A stretch of 64,000 bases of DNA from Clostridiales bacterium. Its GTDB lineage: Bacteria; Bacillota; Clostridia; Oscillospirales; CAG-272. Below the pieces are notes generated by a model. It was not told the DNA's origin. It saw only the letters and a list, made by a program, of their open reading frames with translations, and made no database searches. How positions within the stretch are numbered: position 1 is the stretch's first letter; every line of letters begins with the position of its first letter. The stretch is from positions 37,622 through 101,621 of the forward strand of contig JAAZIU010000023.1 of assembly GCA_012800735.1 (NCBI GenBank), in the 5' to 3' direction. Made by a program: the position numbers and the translations under genes. Below are positions 57,553-64,000 of this stretch, piece by piece.

Positions 57553-59028
57553 TCAGTCTTCGATTTCAAGCAGTTTATCAATTACTTTTTGATACTTTTT
57601 AGTCATGGAACTTTCCGATTTCGCCCAGTATGATGAAAAATCAGTTTTGCCTCCCTTTATAAGCGCCGCCACATCCCAGACAAAGCTGATGCTGCCGAGA
57701 TAGCCCAGATTATATGTCCTTGATTTCAGGATGATATCAAGCATATCCTGTGTTTCCTTGTCGCGGGAGTATTTTTCTTTAAGAGCGACATCGAAATACG
57801 CCGGCAAAACCACCTGATAGGAAGCCGCCGCCATCCCTTCAAGCACCTGCCTGAGCCGTTCGTCATCTGAGGTGTTAGTTATCGGAACTGTAAGGATTGG
57901 TGATGACCCGCCGACATGATTGAGATAATCCGGCTGGTTCTCATCGAATTTCGGGTAGGGAATGATGCCGAAGTCCGACTCCATATCGCGAAGAAGCTCG
58001 ATGTTCCGCAGAATTATTGCATAAATGTAAATCCGGTCTTCTTTGAAATAATCCAGACCCTCATACAAATCAAGCCCAATCTGAATTCCGTCGGATGAAT
58101 TCACCTTTGCGAGCTTTTCCAGCGTAGTCTGAATACGATTCTGATCCATATTCATATCAATAACGCCGTCGTCGAGTATTTTTTCGCCAAGAAGATCGCA
58201 GGAAAACAGCCAGTTGTTTGTCATCGACGCCGGGTCCTGAATATAACCGAAAAGGTCATTCTTCGGTTTCATAACCCCGTCTCCGTCTATATCGGTATAT
58301 ATCGCGGTCGCCTGTTCGGCGAAGGTATCGAGAGTCCATTTGCCGTCGAAGACAAGGGTGTAGATGCTTTCAAGACCGTTGTCTTCGGCAAGCTTTTTGT
58401 TATAAATCATCGCGAGCGTATCATCTATCTCGCTTATAAGGATAGCGCCGGACATCAGATACAGCTTGCCGCATACCGAAAGATTGTCGCGGCAGTTTGA
58501 GTTCCAATAAACCGTATCAAGATTGAGACCGGGAATTTTATTCCAATCGCGGACAAGTCCTTCGGAAGCTATTGTTATCGCCGCGAATTTTGTATACATT
58601 CCGTGAAGGTCGTAATCGTCGCTGCCGGACATCGCCGACTTCGTTGCCGCGCTGAACACATCATCTACCGGACAGGCGATAATGTTTACCCCGAGCCTGT
58701 CGGCTATCATGCTGTTTCGGCGGAAGATAGCGTCGTTTATAACGTCTCCGGTTTCGGCTTCGACCCAGATTTCCTGAGTGAATCGGTTTGTCGCATTGAT
58801 TCCGGCAGAAAGGGTCAGAACTCTAAAGTTATAGCTACCGAAGTCGGCTTCTTGAATTTCGTCAAACGGCTCTTTCGTGACTTCCGCCGTGGTTGTTTCG
58901 TCAGCTTCGGTCATAATCTCCTTTGATTCCGGAGTTGCGTCTTCTTTGCCGCACCCTAAAAAAGACGAAAGGAGCATAATGAACAAGATAAATATTGCCG
59001 TTACGCGAATTGTTGTTTTGCGCTGCAT
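57553..59028 (-). CDS. Extracellular solute-binding lipoprotein
   Basis: Lipobox FLGC; DAIFRRN, DIDGDG and FGIIPYPKFDE motifs. Confidence 0.85.
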   Translation of the reverse strand: MQRKTTIRVTAIFILFIMLLSSFLGCGKEDATPESKEIMTEADETTTAEVTKEPFDEIQEADFGSYNFRVLTLSAGINATNRFTQEIWVEAETGDVINDAIFRRNSMIADRLGVNIIACPVDDVFSAATKSAMSGSDDYDLHGMYTKFAAITIASEGLVRDWNKIPGLNLDTVYWNSNCRDNLSVCGKLYLMSGAILISEIDDTLAMIYNKKLAEDNGLESIYTLVFDGKWTLDTFAEQATAIYTDIDGDGVMKPKNDLFGYIQDPASMTNNWLFSCDLLGEKILDDGVIDMNMDQNRIQTTLEKLAKVNSSDGIQIGLDLYEGLDYFKEDRIYIYAIILRNIELLRDMESDFGIIPYPKFDENQPDYLNHVGGSSPILTVPITNTSDDERLRQVLEGMAAASYQVVLPAYFDVALKEKYSRDKETQDMLDIILKSRTYNLGYLGSISFVWDVAALIKGGKTDFSSYWAKSESSMTKKYQKVIDKLLEIED

Positions 59029-59068
59029 TGTAAATCCCCCTTTAATACACTTATAAGCCTTGGTTTCT

Positions 59069-59101
59069 GTTATATATATGAAATACCGTTATATATATAA
59101 C
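59069..59101. promoter_or_regulatory. Tandem palindromic operator (candidate IclR site)
   Basis: Perfect 14-bp palindrome gttatatatataac (59088-59101) and near copy gttatatatatgaa (59069-59082), directly downstream of the -10 box. Confidence 0.65.
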
Positions 59102-59130
59102 ATTATACAATGCAGATGGTGATTTGTCAA
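59102..59130 (-). promoter_or_regulatory. Sigma-A promoter of the SBP-IclR-GRE operon
   Basis: Perfect TTGACA-17bp-TATAAT with extended TG on the minus strand. Confidence 0.85.
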
Positions 59131-59233
59131 TCCCGATATGTTGAAATATCAAGGTAATATTACACAAAAACAAGCGGGAATAATTGTTAAAACCGACACA
59201 ATTCCCCGAAAAACAAAATCAATCCGATAATAC

Positions 59234-59262
59234 TTGACATTATCCCGCCAAAGTCGTATAAT
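59234..59262 (+). promoter_or_regulatory. Divergent sigma-A promoter
   Basis: TTGACA-17bp-TATAAT. Confidence 0.8.
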
Positions 59263-59297
59263 CATTCTGATAATACAAATCAAAAAGGAAAATCATT

Positions 59298-60659
59298 ATG
59301 AAAATTCCCAATCACAACCCATCTCTTTACAACTACGAAATCTTTCCGAAAGTCGCCGAACTGAATCGGCTTACCTCTTTCAAAGCAAGAGGACTCGGAA
59401 TCGACAACGCTCTGACACCGGGGCGGGAATACACAATTTATATCATCCCGCGCGAGGAAAACAATTCCTCCGTTCTTTTAAGCATCAGCGATTTTACTAA
59501 ATATGACAGCGTCTGCGCAGCAGCCGACGAGAACGGCGGAATTGAATTCGAATACACCTTCAAAAGGGAGCAGATATATACTCTGCGCCTTACCGACAAA
59601 GACGACGGCGGAAAAATCCGCGTAATTAACAATTTCCGCATCTTCTGCGCCGCCCCCGACCTTTACGCAAGAACGCCGATGCGCGGCAATCTCCATTGCC
59701 ATACCTGCAAATCGGTCGACGGACACGAAGATCCCTATCTTGCCGCGGCGACATATCGCCGCGCCGGGTTTGACTTCCTTGCGATAACCGATCACCACAA
59801 TGTGGATGGTTCGGTATATGCTATTGAGAAGAGCAAAAACATTCCGAGCGAGATGAGCCTTTATTACGGCGAAGAAGTCCATGTCCCGAACGCATATATA
59901 CACGCGGTCAATGTCGGAGCTTTGCTGCCGGGCGGTATCGGGGTTGACAATTATTATCATGAAAACGAAGCTAAGGTAAAAGCTGAAGTCGCAGAAATTG
60001 CCGCAGAATACAAAGACCACCTGCCTGAAAATATCGAGCCGTTCGATTTTGCCTGGCGCAAATGGATCGCCGACACTATCCACGAGTATGGCGGTATCGC
60101 CATTTTGGCGCATCCGTTCTGGGAATGGGACGCCAACAACACCCGCGACGATGTCTTCCGATATCTTGCAAAAGAAAAGATATACGACGCGGCGGAGATA
60201 CTCCACGGTCAGGAGGAGGGCTGCCCTGACGCTCATATGGCGGCGGCGTTCTGGAACGATATGCGCGCCGATGGCATCTTCATAAGCCCGGTCGGCGTCG
60301 ACGACGCGCATATGCGGTATTTCCATTGGAGCTACGAAAGCGCATTCAACTGGACATCAACGATGATTTTCGCAAAAGACCCCTCTTTTGACGGCTTTGC
60401 TGAGGCTATAAAGAACGGCTATTCCGTCGCGACCGAGTCATACGAAGACGGTCCGGAACACATTGTAGGCACTTACCGTCTGACGAAATACACTCTTTTC
60501 CTATTGGATCAGTATTTCCCGTACCACGACGAACTTTGCTTCGAAGAAGGCTGCCGGATGCGCGACTACTATCTGGGCGAGGAGAAGTCAAGGGAAGTGC
60601 TTGAGATGATAAACGGGAGAGTCGCCGATTATCAGAAGAAATTCTTCGGGCGGGAATAA
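59298..60659 (+). CDS. PHP-domain metallohydrolase with an N-terminal beta-rich extension
   Basis: GNLHCHTCKSVDG, AITDHH, GEEVH, LAHP and GVDDAH motifs. Confidence 0.8.
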   Translation: MKIPNHNPSLYNYEIFPKVAELNRLTSFKARGLGIDNALTPGREYTIYIIPREENNSSVLLSISDFTKYDSVCAAADENGGIEFEYTFKREQIYTLRLTDKDDGGKIRVINNFRIFCAAPDLYARTPMRGNLHCHTCKSVDGHEDPYLAAATYRRAGFDFLAITDHHNVDGSVYAIEKSKNIPSEMSLYYGEEVHVPNAYIHAVNVGALLPGGIGVDNYYHENEAKVKAEVAEIAAEYKDHLPENIEPFDFAWRKWIADTIHEYGGIAILAHPFWEWDANNTRDDVFRYLAKEKIYDAAEILHGQEEGCPDAHMAAAFWNDMRADGIFISPVGVDDAHMRYFHWSYESAFNWTSTMIFAKDPSFDGFAEAIKNGYSVATESYEDGPEHIVGTYRLTKYTLFLLDQYFPYHDELCFEEGCRMRDYYLGEEKSREVLEMINGRVADYQKKFFGRE

Positions 60660-60712
60660 TTCCGATCGTTTCTTTCATTATATTATATAGAGAAATTCAA
60701 AGGAGCAATACC

Positions 60713-62380
60713 ATGTTCAGTTTTATCCACACCTACACCGCCGATACCGTAGAGGGGCTTTTCAAACAGGGACTTTTCCGCAAAGGCGACGGCCTTAAAA
60801 TGATGCATAAGAGCTATCTGCCGAGTGAGTATCAATTCAACGAGATGGGAGCCGTCGGCGGAAAGCTGTATAATACTTTAAAATCACTCCGCTGTCCGTT
60901 CTATATCGACCGGTTTCAGGGCGGCATCGGTCTGCCGTGGCATTATAACTATTCGCCGGAGCTTGTAGAGGAATACCGCAGGCTTCTTGGCGACAACTTC
61001 TGGGGCTGGCAGATGCACGAGTGGGCATCCAACTACAACAGCGACCGCGGGCGCGTCATCGAAGCGTATGAAAAATACGGCGTCGCCGACGGCAGCCGCT
61101 CAAAAGAAAGCTTCTGGGAGAATGTCATATCCGAAAAAATCGCTCTCTTTCTCGAAGCTCTGACGCGGGAAGAATGGTCAAAGAACCGTATCCCGCAAAA
61201 CCGGGCGGAATTCATCGCCGACATATACGAGCTTTACCGTCTGAGAATGGAGATGACCGGCGGGCAGCTAATCCCGGCGGACAGCTATTATATGGCGCCG
61301 AAAATAGAGCTTGCCGCCGGCACAAGGCTGCTGCTCCCCGAAGTCGGCTGGCAGATACCGAATATGCGCCTCCAGCTCGCTTATTATCGCGGAATGGCAA
61401 AGGCGTATTCCGCCCGTCTCGGCGTTTATTACGAATGCTGGGGAAGAACGGAAGGCTACGGACTTACTATCCCCTATTCACTTCGCGAAGGACAGGATGA
61501 ATGGATCGAAAATCAGCTTACAACCGGCAGCGGCGCTGACAGGAGCTTTGAAGAGAGGGAAAACGGCGGCAGCTCGCGCAATCTTCAGGCAAGGATTTTC
61601 AGATACGCCTATCTTGCCGGCGCGACCGCAATAGGCGAGGAATACGGCGTCTGCAACACCTTCCGGAATCTCGGCGATTTCGAACTCAGCATTTACGGTC
61701 AGGTTAAAAAGAAATTCCTAAACTTCACCGAAGAGCTGCCCTGTCCCGGAAAGACCTATACCCCGATAGCGATAGTCCTGCCGGAAAATCTTCCGGTGCT
61801 TGATGTCGTCCTTCGCGACAACTATATCAACTACCCCGAAAGCGACGACTCATACCCGCTTCCGGCAGAGACTTGGAAGCAGATTACGCGGACGCTGCGC
61901 CCCATCTTCGGCGAAACCGGCAGTCACGGCAATATGAGTCACGTTATAAAGAACGGCGGTCTGCCCGACGTTTTCGACATAATCCACGCGGACACCCCCG
62001 GACTTGACAAATACGAATATCTCATCAATCTGACCGGAGATACCGGATTTGCGGCAAAACACAAAAACATCGTAAATCCGGAAGAAGTAAGCCAAATACT
62101 CGATACCCTCCTCCCCTGCCGCGTAGATGAGCGGCTTCATGCAATCTACAACCGCACCGAAGACGGCTGGCTTGTCGGCATATTCAACAACGACGGGGTG
62201 CAGTACGACAACTTCAAAGGCGATATCTTCCTTTCCGAGGCGGATATCAGAACCGAGATAAAGCTGAACGGATATAAAATAATCTCGGTGATTAACGGCG
62301 ATATCGAACATTCCGATGGAAGATTCTTCCTCGATATGCCGGCGGGCAGCTGGAAAATAATTAAGCTTGCCGCAGAATAA
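60713..62380 (+). CDS. Hypothetical protein, possibly a glycoside hydrolase-like TIM barrel
   Basis: 555-aa ORF with RBS aaggag. WQMHEW, YYECWG and GEEYG patterns are suggestive only; it lies between a PHP hydrolase and galM. Confidence 0.55.
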   Translation: MFSFIHTYTADTVEGLFKQGLFRKGDGLKMMHKSYLPSEYQFNEMGAVGGKLYNTLKSLRCPFYIDRFQGGIGLPWHYNYSPELVEEYRRLLGDNFWGWQMHEWASNYNSDRGRVIEAYEKYGVADGSRSKESFWENVISEKIALFLEALTREEWSKNRIPQNRAEFIADIYELYRLRMEMTGGQLIPADSYYMAPKIELAAGTRLLLPEVGWQIPNMRLQLAYYRGMAKAYSARLGVYYECWGRTEGYGLTIPYSLREGQDEWIENQLTTGSGADRSFEERENGGSSRNLQARIFRYAYLAGATAIGEEYGVCNTFRNLGDFELSIYGQVKKKFLNFTEELPCPGKTYTPIAIVLPENLPVLDVVLRDNYINYPESDDSYPLPAETWKQITRTLRPIFGETGSHGNMSHVIKNGGLPDVFDIIHADTPGLDKYEYLINLTGDTGFAAKHKNIVNPEEVSQILDTLLPCRVDERLHAIYNRTEDGWLVGIFNNDGVQYDNFKGDIFLSEADIRTEIKLNGYKIISVINGDIEHSDGRFFLDMPAGSWKIIKLAAE

Positions 62381-62426
62381 ACTGTATATATAAATGTAGC
62401 GTTTATTACAAGAAAGGACGAAATCT

Positions 62427-63449
62427 ATGTCAATCACGAAAACCCATTACGGAAAAATGCCCGACGGCAGCGATGTATTTGCCTATACTCTTACGAATGA
62501 CAGCGTAGCTTCGGTAAAAATACTCAATTTAGGCGGGATAGTCGAAAGCATCATTGTGCCGGACAAAAACGGCAATTTCGACGACATCTGCTGCGGCTTC
62601 GACACGGTAGACGGCTACCTCAACGGCGGCGGATATTTCGGCGCCCTGGTCGGCCGCTGCGCCAACCGCATAGGCGGCGCTCGCTTCACCCTCAACGGCG
62701 TTGAATATCAGCTTGCCAAAAACGACGGCGAAAACCACCTTCACGGCGGAGATATCGGCTATAACCGGCGTATCTGGGATGTCGAATCGATCGAAGGCGG
62801 CGGCGGTAAGCCGGACAGACTGATTCTTTCTCTTGTAAGCCCGGACGGAGAGGAAAATTACCCCGGCAGAGCGGAAATAAAAGCCACTTACAGCTGGATT
62901 GCCGGAAATGTCCTTTCGATACATTACGAAGCCGTCTGCGACAAAGACACTGTAATGAATCTTACCAACCACAGCTATTTCAACCTTGAAGGCATCGGGG
63001 GTGGCGACGTCCGCGAAAACGAGCTTTTTGTCGCGGCGGTATATATGACGCCGGTCGACGAAGGTCTCATCCCGACAGGAGAGATAAGAGCCGTTGAAGG
63101 CACCGAATATGATTTTCGGGAAAGACGCGGGATAGAGATACCGCTTGACAATAATTTCTGCCTTGACATGAATCGCGAAGACGGTCCGGCGGCGGTGCTT
63201 TATTCCCCGAAAACCGGCAGAAAGATAACTGTTTATACCGACCAGCCGGGAATCCAGATATACAACGGCGTAATGATGAACGGAGACGTTCCCTTCCGCG
63301 GCGGGGTGCCGCAGCGGCCTTTCCATGCGATTGCGATGGAGACACAGGTCTGGCCGGACGCCCCAAATCAGCCCGATTTCCCGTCAGCCATACTTCGCGC
63401 AGGCGAGAAATACGATACAACAACCACATATGTTTTCGGAGTTGAATAA
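62427..63449 (+). CDS. galM: Aldose 1-epimerase (mutarotase)
   Basis: GRCANRI, HLHGG, NHSYFNL and METQ motifs. Confidence 0.92.
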   Translation: MSITKTHYGKMPDGSDVFAYTLTNDSVASVKILNLGGIVESIIVPDKNGNFDDICCGFDTVDGYLNGGGYFGALVGRCANRIGGARFTLNGVEYQLAKNDGENHLHGGDIGYNRRIWDVESIEGGGGKPDRLILSLVSPDGEENYPGRAEIKATYSWIAGNVLSIHYEAVCDKDTVMNLTNHSYFNLEGIGGGDVRENELFVAAVYMTPVDEGLIPTGEIRAVEGTEYDFRERRGIEIPLDNNFCLDMNREDGPAAVLYSPKTGRKITVYTDQPGIQIYNGVMMNGDVPFRGGVPQRPFHAIAMETQVWPDAPNQPDFPSAILRAGEKYDTTTTYVFGVE

Positions 63450-63736
63450 AAGACCTAAGCAAATGCGTCGACTTTGACTTCTAATAAATTTATTATCCGG
63501 TTATTCTCAAAAGGAAAGCCGGATATTTGTTGTTTTCTGCTGAAATTCATTATTTTTCGGCGAATCCTCAGTTTATCTTCACGCGATTTTCACATTGGCG
63601 GGTTATAATATATATGCCGAATCAGAAAACGTCAGAAAAAAAGAGATATACATAGTTCTTTTTGAACTGTGTGGAATTGAGTTCAGCAAAGAATTCGAAT
63701 TATTATAAGAATAATTAATCAAGGGAGGAAATATTA

Positions 63737-64000
63737 ATGGATAATAACAACACGAATAACAACTATTTGGAAAACGAAGAAGTAGCTCGTCAGGAAGACA
63801 ATCAGACCCCTCGGGATAATCAGACCGAACAGAACGACAATGTCTATAACGCGCAGCCCGAGCAGTCGGCTCAAAATACCGGAGCGGATGTTCAGACACA
63901 GAACACATCCGCCGAAAAACCGAACGTAAGCGGCGAATACAGCTGGGTCAATCCAAATTACGATCCGCAAGCTCGCAGGACGGATACGTCGGGTCAAACG
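63737..64000 (+). CDS. N-terminal low-complexity region of a gene truncated by the window edge
   Basis: ATG after the RBS gggagg; open frame to the end (MDNNNTNNNYLENEEVARQEDNQTP...), Asn/Gln/Thr-rich. The product cannot be determined from what is visible. Confidence 0.7.
   Translation, partial: MDNNNTNNNYLENEEVARQEDNQTPRDNQTEQNDNVYNAQPEQSAQNTGADVQTQNTSAEKPNVSGEYSWVNPNYDPQARRTDTSGQT

Noticed and set aside
59478-60326. 282-aa minus-strand ORF (likewise 62529..63326, 36329..36973 and the many short ORFs overlapping sbcC)
   Set aside because: Shadow ORFs opposite or overlapping clearly identified genes.
1-64000. CRISPR arrays, IS elements, prophage, and known defence systems (including sbcCD as a defence SMC system)
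   Set aside because: No regularly spaced repeats, transposase, integrase or phage genes were seen; sbcCD has canonical housekeeping features.

Overview
A 64 kb chromosomal segment, most plausibly from an anaerobic Bacillota (Clostridia-like) bacterium. The taxonomy is inferred from near-consensus sigma-A promoters, lipoprotein solute-binding proteins, split transketolase and xpaC-telA. There is no CRISPR array, transposase, integrase or phage gene. Contents from left to right: the end of a P-type ATPase; a minus-strand envelope block (hypothetical protein, double-TPM protein, double zinc-ribbon membrane protein, two paralogous secreted proteins); tRNA-Arg(ACG); an xpaC-telA-lemA-TPM operon; a stand-alone structured ncRNA candidate; sbcDC running straight into araBAD; an orphan solute-binding lipoprotein (SBP); two tandem PHP hydrolases apparently co-transcribed with a CysC-CysQ fusion, cysD and cysN; aspartokinase, an amidohydrolase and an FkbM methyltransferase; an AT-rich two-ABC-exporter cassette bracketed by a duplicated gene-end/promoter unit, followed by an unannotated 31-aa ORF with its own promoter, RBS and terminator; transketolase; an FtsX/MacB-type ABC system; an AraC-linked glycan locus (three SBPs, two beta-propeller hydrolases and a PnuC-like transporter, but no ABC permease); an epimerase; class II PPK2; two alpha/beta hydrolases; an SBP-IclR-glycyl radical enzyme operon with a visible operator and no activating enzyme; a divergent PHP hydrolase, unknown protein and galM; and a partial last gene. 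The best candidates for new biology are the unclassified glycyl radical enzyme operon, the repeat-bounded ABC cassette with its small peptide, the ncRNA, the CysC-CysQ fusion and the permease-less SBP loci. All product calls come from motif recognition by eye; no database searches were run.
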